From Planctomycetota bacterium (lineage in GTDB: Bacteria; Planctomycetota; UBA8742; UBA2392): 64,000 nucleotides of DNA. Below the pieces are notes generated by a model. That model did not search any database, was not told the origin of the DNA, and saw only the letters and a program-made list of their open reading frames with translations. This document shows positions 8,837 to 20,856 of this stretch, one piece after another (positions within the stretch are counted from its first letter, which is position 1; every line of letters starts with the position of its first letter). The stretch is from assembly GCA_020638635.1 (NCBI GenBank), contig JACKIE010000011.1, positions 914 to 64,913 on the forward strand, written 5' to 3'. The translations under genes and the position numbers were made by a program.

Positions 8837-11803
8837 ATGGAAATCCGCACGAGTGACAACGACCTGAACGACATGCCGCCCGAGTTGCGACGCGAGGTCG
8901 AGATTGCCAGCAAGAGTCGCCGTGACTTCATGAAGGTCACCGGCATGGCAGCCATGGGCGCCGTGATCGCCGGCTGCACCGCCAACACCCGCGAAGTCAA
9001 GCCGCTGGTGAACAGAACAGAGGGCGTCACCCCGGGCGTCGCATACTACTACGCCTCCACCTGCCAGGGTTGCAGCGCCAACTGCGGCACTCTGATGAAA
9101 GTGCGCGACGGCCGTCCCATCAAGCTGGAAGGCAACGAAAGCCCGCTCAACGGCGGCGGCCTGTGCGGCGTGGGACAGGCCCAGCTCTGGACCCTGTACA
9201 ACCCGGACCGCCTGCACCACCCCACCAACAAGGGCGAAAAGGCCGAGTGGTCAGCGCTTGACGCCGCGGCCAAGTCCGCCATCGCCGGCGGATCGGCCGT
9301 GCTGCTGACCGGCACCATCAGCGGTCACTGCGCCAATGAAGTGATCGGCAAGTTCAAGGCCAAAGGCGGCCGTCACGTGGCCTACGACGCGGTCTCGTGC
9401 TACGCGATCGCCAAGGCCCACGGCGAAACCCACGGCACGGCCGTGATCCCGCGTTATCGTTTCGGCGAGGCGACGGTGGTGGTCAGCCTCGATGCCGACT
9501 TCCTGGGCACCTGGCTCAGCCCCGTTGAGCACGCGCGCGACTGGGCCACCCAGCGCGACCTGAAGTTCGGGCGCAAGACCATGAGCCGCCTGTTGGCTTT
9601 CGAGGCGCGCATGTCGCTGACCGGCGCCAACGCCGACGAGCGCTTCCGCATCAAGGACAGCGAACGCGGTGCCGTGCTGGTCGAGCTGGCGAACCGCGTG
9701 GGCGGCAGCTTCGGCGCGCCCGGCAAGCACAGTGTCGAGGCAGCCGCGCTGGACAGGATCGCCACCGAGCTGAAGGCCGCCGGCCGTCGCGGCCTGGTGG
9801 TGAGCGGCAGCCGCGACGTGCGCGAGCAGAAGCTGGTCAACTTCATCAACCACAAGCTGGGCGCCTACGGCACCACGCTGGACGCCACCACGCCCTCGCA
9901 GCAGAAGCTCGGCAACGACGACGAGCTGGCAAAATTGCTGAAGGACATGGAAGCGGGCACGGTCAAGACGCTGATCGTGTGGGGCGTCAATCCGGTCTAC
10001 GACCTGCCCGACGGCGCGAAGTTCAAGGAGCTGCTGGGCAAGGTGGCCAACACCATCGCGATCGGCCCCCGCGCCGACGAAACCGCCTCCGAGTGCGCCT
10101 GGATCGCCGCCGAGGACGATCCGCTGGAAAGCTGGCGCGACTTCGAGCCGGTGAAGGGCTTCCACAGCCTGGCCCAGCCCGGCGTGCGCCGCCTGTGGGA
10201 TACCCGCAACGGCTTCAGCTGCCTGCTCAAGTGGATCGGCGACCCGGACGGCAACAAGGAATACCGCGACGTGCTGAAGGCAAGCTGGGAAGCCGGCGTG
10301 CTGCGCGGCCAGGCCTGGGGCGCCGCCGTCGAGAGCGGCTACGTCAACCGCATCGCGAGCACTGCCCAGCCCGCCTTCCTCGACGCCGCCATGTCCGACG
10401 TGAAGGAAGCGGGCAACGTGGCCGATACCGGCGCCCTCGAGGTGGTGGTGTACGAGTCCTACAACCTGCGCGACGGGCGCCACGCCGTGAACGGCTGGCT
10501 GCACGAGATGGCCGACCCCATGTCGCGCATCACCTGGACCAACATGGCCTTCATGTCGCCCACCACCATGGAGCAGCAGGGCGTCGAGGAAGGTGACGTG
10601 GTCGAGGTCAGCGCCGACATCGACGGGCGCAAGGCAAGCTGCAAGGTCCCGGTCATGCGCCAGCCCGGCCAGGCCGAGGGCACGGTCGCGATCAGCCTGG
10701 GCTACGGCCGCACCAAGGCCGGCCCGATCGTCCACGGTCGCGGCAAGGAAGAAGACGCCGTTGACCCGGAGCTTCTGGATGAGGGCGTGTACGCGATCGG
10801 CGGCAACGCCTTCCCGCTGCTTGGCGGCAAGCCGGTGGCCGGTAGCCTCAGCAAGAGCGGGCGCAGCATCAGGCTGGCCAAGATCAGCGAGCACGACAGT
10901 CAGGAAGGCCGCCCGATCCTGAAGCAGACCAGCCTGGAACAGTGGCTGAAGAATCCGGCCTCGGGCAACCAGGACGAGATTCCGCCCGTGGACGTCACCC
11001 TGTGGCCGCGCTGGGAGTACAAGGGCCACAAGTGGGGCATGTCGATCGACCTGAACGCCTGCATCGGCTGCAACGCCTGCCAGGTGGCGTGCAGCATCGA
11101 GAACAACGTACCGGTGGTGGGCAAGGAAGAGGTGTGGCGCCGGCGTGAGATGCACTGGATCCGCATCGACGCCTACTATGAGGACGACCATCCGAAGGAT
11201 GGCACTCTGACCACGCACCCCAACCCGGAAGTGGGCTTCCAGCCCATGATGTGCCAGCACTGCGAGAACGCGCCCTGCGAAACGGTGTGCCCGGTGATCG
11301 CCACCAGCCACAGCGACGAGGGCCTGAACGTGCAGGCGTACAACCGCTGTATCGGCACGCGTTACTGCGCGAACAACTGCCCTTACAAGGTGCGCCGCTT
11401 CAACTGGTTCCGCTATGAACACCACAACCTGACCATGAACCTGGTGCTGAACCCGGACATCGTGGTGCGCAGCCGCGGCGTGATGGAAAAGTGCAGCATG
11501 TGCGCCCAGCGCATTTACGACGGCAAGCGTGCAGCAGCGCTGGCGGACACGAATGTGAAGGACGGCAGCATCCAGCCGGCCTGCGCCCAGACCTGCCCGA
11601 CGGACGCCATCATCTTCGGCGACCGCAACGACAAGGACAGCAAAGTCGCGCGCCTTGAGCAGGACAAGCGTCACTACGCGGTGCTGGCGGAAATCAACAC
11701 GCGCCCCACGGTCACCTACCTGACCAAAGTACGCAACCGGCCGGCCAAGGAGTCAGAACTGGCGCTGGAAGGCGGCCACGGGCACGAAGAGGGCGCACAC
11801 TAG
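8837..11803 (+). CDS. actB: Alternative complex III subunit ActB (molybdopterin-oxidoreductase-like domain fused to a 4Fe-4S domain)
   Basis: 988 aa with the Tat motif [15 protein letters not shown]. The N-terminal half is molybdopterin-oxidoreductase-like. The C-terminal half has ferredoxin Cys clusters: [37 protein letters not shown], and CSMCAQR...CAQTCP. Confidence 0.9.
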   Translation: MEIRTSDNDLNDMPPELRREVEIASKSRRDFMKVTGMAAMGAVIAGCTANTREVKPLVNRTEGVTPGVAYYYASTCQGCSANCGTLMKVRDGRPIKLEGNESPLNGGGLCGVGQAQLWTLYNPDRLHHPTNKGEKAEWSALDAAAKSAIAGGSAVLLTGTISGHCANEVIGKFKAKGGRHVAYDAVSCYAIAKAHGETHGTAVIPRYRFGEATVVVSLDADFLGTWLSPVEHARDWATQRDLKFGRKTMSRLLAFEARMSLTGANADERFRIKDSERGAVLVELANRVGGSFGAPGKHSVEAAALDRIATELKAAGRRGLVVSGSRDVREQKLVNFINHKLGAYGTTLDATTPSQQKLGNDDELAKLLKDMEAGTVKTLIVWGVNPVYDLPDGAKFKELLGKVANTIAIGPRADETASECAWIAAEDDPLESWRDFEPVKGFHSLAQPGVRRLWDTRNGFSCLLKWIGDPDGNKEYRDVLKASWEAGVLRGQAWGAAVESGYVNRIASTAQPAFLDAAMSDVKEAGNVADTGALEVVVYESYNLRDGRHAVNGWLHEMADPMSRITWTNMAFMSPTTMEQQGVEEGDVVEVSADIDGRKASCKVPVMRQPGQAEGTVAISLGYGRTKAGPIVHGRGKEEDAVDPELLDEGVYAIGGNAFPLLGGKPVAGSLSKSGRSIRLAKISEHDSQEGRPILKQTSLEQWLKNPASGNQDEIPPVDVTLWPRWEYKGHKWGMSIDLNACIGCNACQVACSIENNVPVVGKEEVWRRREMHWIRIDAYYEDDHPKDGTLTTHPNPEVGFQPMMCQHCENAPCETVCPVIATSHSDEGLNVQAYNRCIGTRYCANNCPYKVRRFNWFRYEHHNLTMNLVLNPDIVVRSRGVMEKCSMCAQRIYDGKRAAALADTNVKDGSIQPACAQTCPTDAIIFGDRNDKDSKVARLEQDKRHYAVLAEINTRPTVTYLTKVRNRPAKESELALEGGHGHEEGAH

Positions 11804-11822
11804 AGGAATGTAGGCAAGGACC

Positions 11823-13221
<1,399 letters not shown>

Positions 13222-13229
<8 letters not shown>

Positions 13230-13782
13230 TGAGAGGCCGAACCTCTTCCTCGGTGTGTTCGACGACGAAGACCACACACTGGACGCCACCAAGGCCTGCC
13301 GCGACGCGGGCTTCACGTTCCATGACGTGTTCGCGCCCTACGCCGTGCACGGGCTGGACCGAGCCATGGGCCTGCCCTTCAGCAAGATCACCTGGGTGAC
13401 CTTCCTGTGCGGCGCCATGGGCTGCATCATTGGCATCTCGGGCATGACCTATGTGACCACCTGGGACTGGCCCCTGAACATCGGCGGCAAATCGCCCTTC
13501 CCGTTCCCTGCATTCGTGCCGGTGATGTTCGAGCTGACGGTGTTGATCGGCGGCCTGTGCACCATGCTGGGCCTGTTTGCCATGTGCCGCATCTTCCCGG
13601 GCAAGAAGCCCCGCCTGTTCCACCCGCGCGTGACGGACGACCGCTTCGTGATCGCCATCGAGATGGACGAAGACTTTGACGAGGCGAGGTGCCGCGAGGT
13701 ATTCGCGAAGCACCACGCCGAGGAGGTCAAACAGGTCAACCCCGACTATGACGCCCTGGCGGCGGAAGGGGGTGTGGCGTGA
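13222..13782 (+). CDS. actD: Alternative complex III subunit ActD (DUF3341-like)
   Basis: 186 aa overlapping actC by 8 nt. The soluble N-terminal domain ([38 protein letters not shown]) is followed by two TM helices. Confidence 0.8.
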
Positions 13783-14513
13783 TTGACAAGGTGCTCAACA
13801 AAGCCATCGACATCCAGGCCGCGCAGTTGGACAAGGCCAAGGACGTCGTCTTGCGCGCGCACGAGACTTACAGCCCGCGCGCGTGGATCGGCTTGGGCGT
13901 GCTGCTGGGCGCGATCGCCGCGGCGCTTGCGGCGGGCTTCCTGCAGCGCGACTTCAGCAAGCGCAACATCGAGTACTTCCCGGACATGGGCTACAGCGAA
14001 GCCTGGGAAAGCCAGCTCACCAACGACTACAGCAAGAAGTACGCGGACTCCACGCCCGAACTGCCGCCCGCCATCGAGAAGTGGGGCACGGCCGAGATGG
14101 CGCCGCCTGTGGGGACCGTCTACCGAGGCCAGCAGCGGCTGGAAGTCCCGGCTGAGGTCCCGACCGGCGACAACGAGCGCCTGGCCTGGGCGCGCGCGAA
14201 CCTGAGCAACCCGTACGCCAACACCGGCGGGGAAGATCAAGCCAGAGTACTGCAGCGCGGCAAGAACCTGTTCCGCATGAACTGCCAGGGCTGCCACGGC
14301 GTGGACGGCGTGGGCATGGCGCCGGTCACAAAGTACGGAATCGGCGCGCCGACGCTGGCCAACGCCACCGTGCGCGACAAGTACAAGGACGGCGAGATCT
14401 TCTACATCATCACGTTCGGGATCCGCACCATGCCGGCGCACAAGAACCACGTCAAATACGACGATCGCTGGAAGCTGATCCGCTACCTGCGCGAGTTGCA
14501 GAAGGGCAAGTAG
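13779..14513 (+). CDS. actE: Alternative complex III monohaem cytochrome c subunit ActE
   Basis: 244 aa with a GTG start overlapping the actD stop (GTGA). It has an N-terminal TM segment and a single CQGCH motif with a downstream Met ligand context (GIRTMPAH). Confidence 0.8.
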   Translation: MIDKVLNKAIDIQAAQLDKAKDVVLRAHETYSPRAWIGLGVLLGAIAAALAAGFLQRDFSKRNIEYFPDMGYSEAWESQLTNDYSKKYADSTPELPPAIEKWGTAEMAPPVGTVYRGQQRLEVPAEVPTGDNERLAWARANLSNPYANTGGEDQARVLQRGKNLFRMNCQGCHGVDGVGMAPVTKYGIGAPTLANATVRDKYKDGEIFYIITFGIRTMPAHKNHVKYDDRWKLIRYLRELQKGK

Positions 14514-14516
14514 GCC

Positions 14517-15752
14517 ATGAGCGAAGTGCACATCGACGAGCCCGAGAAGTTCAGCTTCCCAGCCCTGGTGAAGATCGCCTGTCTGGCGGCCACCGGCGTG
14601 GGGCTTGCAACCTTCGGCCTCTCGTTCATCGGCGGCGCCGACCTCGCGTTCGGCGGCTGGGCCATCGCGGCCTGGTACGTGCTCGGCTTCCCGCTGTTCG
14701 GCATGTTCTTCCTGGTGATCAACAACCTCAGCAGCGCCGGCTGGCACGTCACCATGAAGCGCGTGCCCGAGGCCATGCTGCAGTATTTCCCGGTCGGCCT
14801 GCTCACCATCGGCGTACTGGCGCTCTCGTTCCTGTTCAGTGAACACCAGTTGTACGAGTGGGCCCACCCCGTGGACCACGGTGACCTGCACAGCACGCTG
14901 ATCGCCGGCAAACAACCGTGGTTGAACGTTCCGTTCTTCCTGGGGCGCACGCTGCTGTACTTCGTGCTGTGGGTGGCGTTTGCCTTCATCATGACCCGCG
15001 CCTCGCGCAAGCAGGACGTGGACGGCGAAGTAAAGCACACCTTCACCCAGAAGAACCTGTCGGCGCCGTTCGCCATCGTGTTCGGCCTGTCGGTCACCTT
15101 CGCCGGCATGGACTACATCAAGTCCGTCGAGCCCACCTGGTTCAGCACCATGTTCGGCGTGTACCAGTTCGCCGGCATCGTCGAGAGCGGCTTTGCCATG
15201 CTGATCCTGCTGCTGCTGCTGCTGCGCCGCCTGGGCTACCTGCGCACAGCCGTGAACGAAAACCACTTCCACAACCTGGGAATCTGGCTGCTCGCGGCCG
15301 GCACCTTCTGGGCGTACATCTGGTTCTGCCAGTTCATGCTGATCTGGTACTCGAACATCCCCGAGGAAACGGCGCACTTCATCGCGCGCTGGAACGGCCC
15401 CTGGTTCTGGGTGACGTTCGTGCTGAACCCGCTTTTGAACTGGGCGCTGGTGTTCTTCATCCTGCTGCCGCGACCCAATAAGCGGAACACGAAGATGCTG
15501 GCGATCGCCGCGGTGATCGCCCTTGTGGGCCGCTTCGTGGACCTGTGGCAGTACGTGACGCCCAGGCCCCACGCCAACGCGGAAGGCATGCCGACGCCGC
15601 ACTGGATGCCCTACACGACTTTCTGGCAGATCGGCATCGTGTTGGGCCTGATCGGGCTGTTCACTTTCGTAGCTCTGAAGGCCCTCGAGAAAGCGCCCTT
15701 GCTGGCGAAGAAGGACCCGTACTTCGAAGAGTCGGTCCATCACCACCTGTAA
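14517..15752 (+). CDS. actF: Alternative complex III membrane subunit ActF (NrfD-like paralogue)
   Basis: 411 aa polytopic membrane protein. It is the last gene of the act operon, starting 4 nt after actE. Confidence 0.8.
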   Translation: MSEVHIDEPEKFSFPALVKIACLAATGVGLATFGLSFIGGADLAFGGWAIAAWYVLGFPLFGMFFLVINNLSSAGWHVTMKRVPEAMLQYFPVGLLTIGVLALSFLFSEHQLYEWAHPVDHGDLHSTLIAGKQPWLNVPFFLGRTLLYFVLWVAFAFIMTRASRKQDVDGEVKHTFTQKNLSAPFAIVFGLSVTFAGMDYIKSVEPTWFSTMFGVYQFAGIVESGFAMLILLLLLLRRLGYLRTAVNENHFHNLGIWLLAAGTFWAYIWFCQFMLIWYSNIPEETAHFIARWNGPWFWVTFVLNPLLNWALVFFILLPRPNKRNTKMLAIAAVIALVGRFVDLWQYVTPRPHANAEGMPTPHWMPYTTFWQIGIVLGLIGLFTFVALKALEKAPLLAKKDPYFEESVHHHL

Positions 15753-15760
15753 CGCAGGGC

Positions 15761-15851
15761 AACCGCAAATTACCAATAACCAGTTACCAATGACCAATGG
15801 GGTTTCCCCGGCATTGGTAATTGGTTATTGGTAATTGTTCATTCGCTGTTC
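15761..15851. repeat. AT-rich palindromic element, copy A (TTACCAATAACCA family)
   Basis: The left arm is AACCGCAAATTACCAATAACCAGTTACCAATGACCAATGG and the loop is GGTTTCCCCGG. The right arm, CATTGGTAATTGGTTATTGGTAATTG...CGCTGTTC, is its inverted complement. The element starts 9 nt after the actF stop. Confidence 0.85.
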
Positions 15852-15869
15852 GAACCAAAGGGGCGTGCC

Positions 15870-17282
15870 ATGCTGCGAGCTTTCCTCGCCTTGCTGCTGA
15901 TTTGCGGCGGGCTTTCCGCACAGGACAACCATTACTGGACCCACCAATTCGGCACGCGCTCAAGCCTGATGGGCGGAGCCGTGGTCGGCGGCGTCGAGGA
16001 CACCAGCGCGTGTTACTACAATCCCGGGCGCTTGGGCTGGATTACCAACGACTCGCTGAAGGTCAGCGCCGACGGCTATCAGCTCAGCACCCTGACCATC
16101 AAAGACGGCGCAGGCAAAGGCCAGAACCTGACCAGCACGGAGGGCGACATCATCCCGCTGGCAGGCTCGGGAGTGTTCCTGTTTGCACAACCCCGCATCG
16201 CGTTGGGTTTCCAGATCATGGCCCGCCAGTTCTTCAACGCCAACGTCAGCACGCGCGTGGAGGCTATCCGCAACGCGATTGACGACGCGCGCTCCCCGGG
16301 CGACGAGCAGTTCATCGGCAGCTTCCAATTCCGCACCAGCACGGAAGAGTACTGGGCCGGGCTCAGCTTCGGCTGGGCGATCACGGACTGGCTCGGCGTC
16401 GGAGTCACCCACTTCGGCTGCCTGCGCTTTGAAGAACAGAACCTGGACGTCACCACCCGCGCCGTCGGCGGCTCGGGACAGACCTTCGGCGCGGACAACA
16501 TCGCCGGCTTCGATTTCTGGAACGTGCGCACGCTCTGGAAGCTCGGCGTCTCGGCCCAGTTCGGCGGCCTGAAGATGGGCCTGACCTGCACCACCCAGAG
16601 CGTCAACTTGTTCGGCGGGGCCACCGTGCGCCGTCAGATCAGCGTGGATGACCTCGACATCGACGGCAACGGCACCAGCGACCAGCTCGAGGCCAACGAC
16701 CGCCGCGACGGCGTAGCCACCCAGTACCGCTCGCCATGGTCGTTTGCCACCGGCGTCGATTACGACTTCGGGCCCGTGGTGCTGGCTGTGGCGGCAGAGT
16801 GGTTCTTGCCCGTTGGGCGCTACTCGCCCGCTGCGCCGGCCGGCGACAAAGCGTTCTTCTTGGGCCTGCCCTCCAGCGAAAGCAGCCGCGAGCTGCTGAC
16901 CCTGTACGACGCCAAGCGCGGCGCTTTCAACGTGGCGATCGGCCTGGAGACCGAGTTCAGCCAGGACTGGTCCGGCTTCTGGAGCATGCGCCGCGACGCC
17001 GCGGCGGATTATCTCGACCATCACGGCCTGCACTTTGGCGTCAGCACCTGGGACCTGTTCCACTTCGACACGGGCATCGCCTTCACCACACGCCAGGACA
17101 ACGGCGCCGCCAAGCATGAGCTGATGATCGGTCTGCAGTTCGTGCTGGGCGCCGGGCGCACCGAGCAGCCGATCAGCTTCGACAACGTATCCGAGTCGCG
17201 CCTCTTGACCGGCAGTACCAAGCGCACGGACATCAGCTACTTCGCAATCAGCCTGCTGGTGGGATACACGTATTACTTCTAG
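15870..17282 (+). CDS. Outer-membrane beta-barrel protein (unknown family)
   Basis: The ATG at 15870 gives the signal peptide MLRAFLALLLICGGLSAQD. The sequence has an alternating beta-strand-like pattern throughout and the C-terminal OMP signature ...LLVGYTYYF. Confidence 0.7.
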   Translation: MLRAFLALLLICGGLSAQDNHYWTHQFGTRSSLMGGAVVGGVEDTSACYYNPGRLGWITNDSLKVSADGYQLSTLTIKDGAGKGQNLTSTEGDIIPLAGSGVFLFAQPRIALGFQIMARQFFNANVSTRVEAIRNAIDDARSPGDEQFIGSFQFRTSTEEYWAGLSFGWAITDWLGVGVTHFGCLRFEEQNLDVTTRAVGGSGQTFGADNIAGFDFWNVRTLWKLGVSAQFGGLKMGLTCTTQSVNLFGGATVRRQISVDDLDIDGNGTSDQLEANDRRDGVATQYRSPWSFATGVDYDFGPVVLAVAAEWFLPVGRYSPAAPAGDKAFFLGLPSSESSRELLTLYDAKRGAFNVAIGLETEFSQDWSGFWSMRRDAAADYLDHHGLHFGVSTWDLFHFDTGIAFTTRQDNGAAKHELMIGLQFVLGAGRTEQPISFDNVSESRLLTGSTKRTDISYFAISLLVGYTYYF

Positions 17283-17286
17283 CGGC

Positions 17287-17340
17287 AGGTTGCAGGTTGC
17301 AGGGAAAGGCGGCGACGGAGACCCCTACAACCTACAACCT
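17287..17340 (+). terminator. Long hairpin built from tandem heptamers, downstream of the OMP gene
   Basis: AGGTTGCAGGTTGCAGGG (17287-17304) pairs with CCCTACAACCTACAACCT (17323-17340). 16 of 18 positions pair and the loop is 18 nt. Confidence 0.45.
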
Positions 17341-17360
17341 AATCCCTATAACCTGCGCCT

Positions 17361-18125
17361 ATGCTGATCGCCTCCTGGAACGTGAACTCGGTGCGCGCCC
17401 GCCGGCAGCACCTGCTGGACTGGCTGCAGCAGGCCCAGCCCGACGTGGTCTGCCTGCAGGAACTCAAGCTCGAAACCGACAAGTTCCCCTTCGATGAAGT
17501 CGGCAACGCCGGCTACGAGGCCGCGGTCTACGGCCAGCCCACCTACAACGGGGTGGCGATCCTGTCGCGCCTTCCCATTGAGGAAGTGATCGAGGGCTTC
17601 CCCGGCGAAGAAGGCCAGGCGCGGCTGATCGAGGCCGTGATCGAGGGCGTGCACGTGTTCAGCGTATACGCGCCCAACGGCCAGGCCGTGGACAGCGACA
17701 AGTTCCAGTACAAGCAGCGCTTCTACAAGGCGCTGCGCGAGCACCTGGACGGCATCGGCAAACCCACTGAGCCCGTGGCCCTGTGCGGCGACTTCAACAT
17801 CGCGCCCGCCGACCGTGACGTGTGGGACCCCAAGAAGCTTAAGGGCGAAATCGGCTTTCACCCTGATGAGCACAAGTGGCTGAAGCTCTTCGCCGACTGG
17901 GGCCTGCACGACAGCCTGCGCCTGGTGGACGACAAGCCCGGCCTGTACTCGTGGTGGGACTACCGAGGCGGCGGCTTCGCCAAGGATCACGGCATGCGCA
18001 TTGACCAGATCTGGGTCAGCCATGCGCTCAAGGACAGCGTGAAGAAAGCCTGGATCGACCTGGAGCCCAGAACCTGGGAGCAGCCCAGCGACCATACCCC
18101 CGTGCTGTGCGAGCTGGAATTCTAG
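17361..18125 (+). CDS. xthA: Exodeoxyribonuclease III
   Basis: 254 aa with MLIASWNVNSVRARRQHLLDWL...DVVCLQELK, a GDFNIAP motif, and SDHTPV at the C-terminus. Confidence 0.93.
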   Translation: MLIASWNVNSVRARRQHLLDWLQQAQPDVVCLQELKLETDKFPFDEVGNAGYEAAVYGQPTYNGVAILSRLPIEEVIEGFPGEEGQARLIEAVIEGVHVFSVYAPNGQAVDSDKFQYKQRFYKALREHLDGIGKPTEPVALCGDFNIAPADRDVWDPKKLKGEIGFHPDEHKWLKLFADWGLHDSLRLVDDKPGLYSWWDYRGGGFAKDHGMRIDQIWVSHALKDSVKKAWIDLEPRTWEQPSDHTPVLCELEF

Positions 18126-18127
18126 AT

Positions 18128-18709
18128 ATGAACGACACCAGCAGCCCCATACTGACCACCGCCGCCGCGCAGATGCACGAAGCCATCCGCCGCATGGATG
18201 CCCTCACGACGGGCCTGAGCGATGCGCAGGCCAACTTCCGCCCGGCGCCCAAGAAGTGGTCGATCAACGAGTGCCTCGAGCACATCAACCTGACCAACCG
18301 CCTCTATGTAGAAAAGCTCGAGCCCGCGCTGGCCAAGGCTCGCGCCAGGGGCCTCACGGGTGGCGAGCCCTACGGCAACGGCACCTGGATCGGCCGTTAC
18401 ATCCTGAACAACCTGCGCCAGGGCCCGCAAGCGCCCAAGGTGCCTGCGCCGGGCGCGTTCAAGCCAAAGCGCAGCAACCTGAAGCTGGCCGAGCAGGTTG
18501 AGCAGTTCCGCGCCTACGCAAGCAAGCTGGCGGAGCTGGCCGGGCAGGCGGAAGGGCTGGCTCTGGGCAAGGTGCGCTTCGGCTCGCCGGTGCTGGCGCT
18601 GTTCCGTATGACGGCCGCGCAGATCTTCGAGATCACGCACCTGCACACCCACCGCCACCTCGGCCAGGCCGAGCGCGTAAAGCAGGCGGAAGGCTACCCG
18701 GCGGGCTGA
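18128..18709 (+). CDS. DinB-family (DinB_2-like) metal-dependent protein
   Basis: The ATG at 18128 lies 3 nt after the xthA stop. It has a four-helix DinB pattern with WSINECLEHINLTN and EITHLHTHRHLGQA His motifs. Confidence 0.75.
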   Translation: MNDTSSPILTTAAAQMHEAIRRMDALTTGLSDAQANFRPAPKKWSINECLEHINLTNRLYVEKLEPALAKARARGLTGGEPYGNGTWIGRYILNNLRQGPQAPKVPAPGAFKPKRSNLKLAEQVEQFRAYASKLAELAGQAEGLALGKVRFGSPVLALFRMTAAQIFEITHLHTHRHLGQAERVKQAEGYPAG

Positions 18710-18827
18710 AGGGGGTGTGACCGATTGCCCACGCTGCGCCTGCGCAATTGCCCTTGCCTTCGCGTCCTTCCCCTCTAACATCCGGCGACGCAGGGGTGAC
18801 AGGCGTATCCCCTCCAACGGTGACAGC

Positions 18828-20462
18828 ATGGACTTCCTGGCAGCGGCTTTCGATCCGCAGAACCTGAAGCATCACCTCAGCGTGATCACCTTCCTGCCGT
18901 TGGTGGGCGCCCTGTTCGTCACGTTCATCAACGGCAAGCGTGCCCGCGAAATCAAGGCCACCGCCATCTTCTTCAGCCTGATCACCTTCGTGGCCAGCCT
19001 GCCCATCCTGTTCGAGTTCAAGCAGGGCGCCAACTTCCAGATGGTGGAAAGCGTCGCCTGGATTCCGGCCTTCAACATCCGCTACGCCATGGGCGTGGAC
19101 GGCATCAGCCTGTTCCTGGTGCTGCTCACCACGCTGCTGGGCCCGATCGTGATGCTGAGCTGCAGCACCAACATCCACAAGCGCGTGAAGGAATTCTTCA
19201 TCGCCATGCTGGTGCTGGAAACCGGCGTGATCGGCAGCTTCTGCGCGCTCGACCTGTTCCTGTTCTATGTCTTCTTCGAGCTGATGCTGATCCCCATGTA
19301 CCTGCTGATCGGCGTCTGGGGCAGTGATCCCGAGGGGCGCAGGGCCGCGGCGATCAAGTTCTTCGTCTACACCCTGGTCGGCTCATTGCTGATGTTCCTG
19401 GCCGTGCTGTACATCGCCAACCTGGCCGGCACCTTCGACATCCGCGAGCTTACGGCCATCCTGCCGGCCAAGGCCGCCAGCGGTGAGTTCAGCAAGGCCG
19501 CGCAGTACGTGTGCTTCCTGGCCTTCATGCTCAGCTTCGCGGTGAAGACGCCGCTGTTCCCGTTCCATACCTGGCTGCCCGACGCGCACACGGAAGCGCC
19601 CACCGGCGGCTCCGTGGTGCTGGCGGGCGTGCTGCTGAAGCTGGGCACCTACGGCATGCTGCGCTTTGCGATCCCGCTGTTTCCTGAGCCCGCGTTTGCG
19701 CTGGGCCCCGCGATCTGCGTGCTGGCGGTGATCGGCGTGATCTACGGCTCGATGATGGCCATCGCCCAGCTGATCTCGAACGGCGACTGGAAGCGCATGG
19801 TGGCCTACAGCTCGGTCGGCCACATGGGGTTCATCGTGCTGGGCATCTTCAGCTTCAATCTGATCGCCACCCAGGGCGCCCTGATCCAGAGCATCAACCA
19901 CGGCCTTTCCACCGGCCTGCTGTTCCTGCTGATCGGCATCGTGTACGAGCGCCGCCACACCCGGCTGTTCGATGAGTACGGCGGCATCGCCAAGGTGATG
20001 CCCAAGTTCGCCATCCTGTTCATGATAGCGACGCTGGCCAGCGTGGGCCTGCCGGGCACCAACGGCTTCGTGGGCGAGTTCCTGATCCTGATCGGCACCT
20101 TTGGCGGAGACCTCAACGGCCTGAACGACGGCTGGAGCTGGAACTTCCACTCCACCATGGCCGTGCTGGCGGCCACGGGCGTAGTGCTGGGTGCGGTGTA
20201 CATGCTCTGGAGCTACCAGCGCGTGTTCTTCGGCAAGATCACCAAGGCCGAGAACATGAGCCTGAAGGACGTCACCACCACCGAGCTGACCTTTGCGGCG
20301 CCGATCATCGCGCTGATCTTCCTGCTGGGCGTGGCGCCGGGCTGGTTCCTGAGCCGCACCGAAGACGCCGTGCGCAACAACCTGGAGCAGTCGGTGAAGG
20401 CCGCCGAGAACATCCAGGCCCAGAACGCCAAACGCGCCGAAGCCAGCCAGGCCGGCAAGTAG
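18828..20462 (+). CDS. nuoM: NADH-quinone oxidoreductase chain M-like proton-translocating subunit (orphan)
   Basis: ATG at 18828 (MDFLAAAFDPQNLKHH...). It has NuoM/ND4-type motifs: FFELMLIPMYLLIGVWGS, AAIKFFVYTLVGSLLMFLAVLYI, and FPFHTWLPDAHTEAPTGGSVVLAGVLLKLGTYG. No other nuo genes are present in the window. Confidence 0.85.
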   Translation: MDFLAAAFDPQNLKHHLSVITFLPLVGALFVTFINGKRAREIKATAIFFSLITFVASLPILFEFKQGANFQMVESVAWIPAFNIRYAMGVDGISLFLVLLTTLLGPIVMLSCSTNIHKRVKEFFIAMLVLETGVIGSFCALDLFLFYVFFELMLIPMYLLIGVWGSDPEGRRAAAIKFFVYTLVGSLLMFLAVLYIANLAGTFDIRELTAILPAKAASGEFSKAAQYVCFLAFMLSFAVKTPLFPFHTWLPDAHTEAPTGGSVVLAGVLLKLGTYGMLRFAIPLFPEPAFALGPAICVLAVIGVIYGSMMAIAQLISNGDWKRMVAYSSVGHMGFIVLGIFSFNLIATQGALIQSINHGLSTGLLFLLIGIVYERRHTRLFDEYGGIAKVMPKFAILFMIATLASVGLPGTNGFVGEFLILIGTFGGDLNGLNDGWSWNFHSTMAVLAATGVVLGAVYMLWSYQRVFFGKITKAENMSLKDVTTTELTFAAPIIALIFLLGVAPGWFLSRTEDAVRNNLEQSVKAAENIQAQNAKRAEASQAGK

Positions 20463-20856
20463 GGCGCAAGCTCCACGGCACGGCTACACGAACCACCAGA
20501 ACAGCGCGCCGCCGATGCTCATGGCCAGGCAGGCCAGGCCTACCACGCTGAATTCCAGGCAACCCTTCAGCTTGTCACCTTGTTCCCGCGCGTCACCCAC
20601 TGAATAGCCCCTCCAGGATCAGCAAGAACACCAAACCAACCCCCTCGTTCACGGCCGCATCTCCTGCGGCACTGGCGAGTTCCGACACAACATCTTTGCT
20701 ACCAGGCACTTGCGTATTTTCGTCGTCCATTGTCGCCCCGATTCCTTTCACTCCCCCAGCATCCCTTGCCGCAGGCATCCTGGCGATTACAACCGGGGCG
20801 GCCGATTCGAACGGCCGGGGCTGGAATCGCCCGCCGATCCGGGCATCATCGGCCCC

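Noticed and set aside
9251-11674. 807-aa minus-strand ORF
   Set aside because: It is antisense to actB, which has clear Tat, molybdopterin-like and Fe-S motifs. The translation is Ala/Gly/Arg/His-rich and low in complexity, typical of off-frame ORFs in high-G+C DNA.
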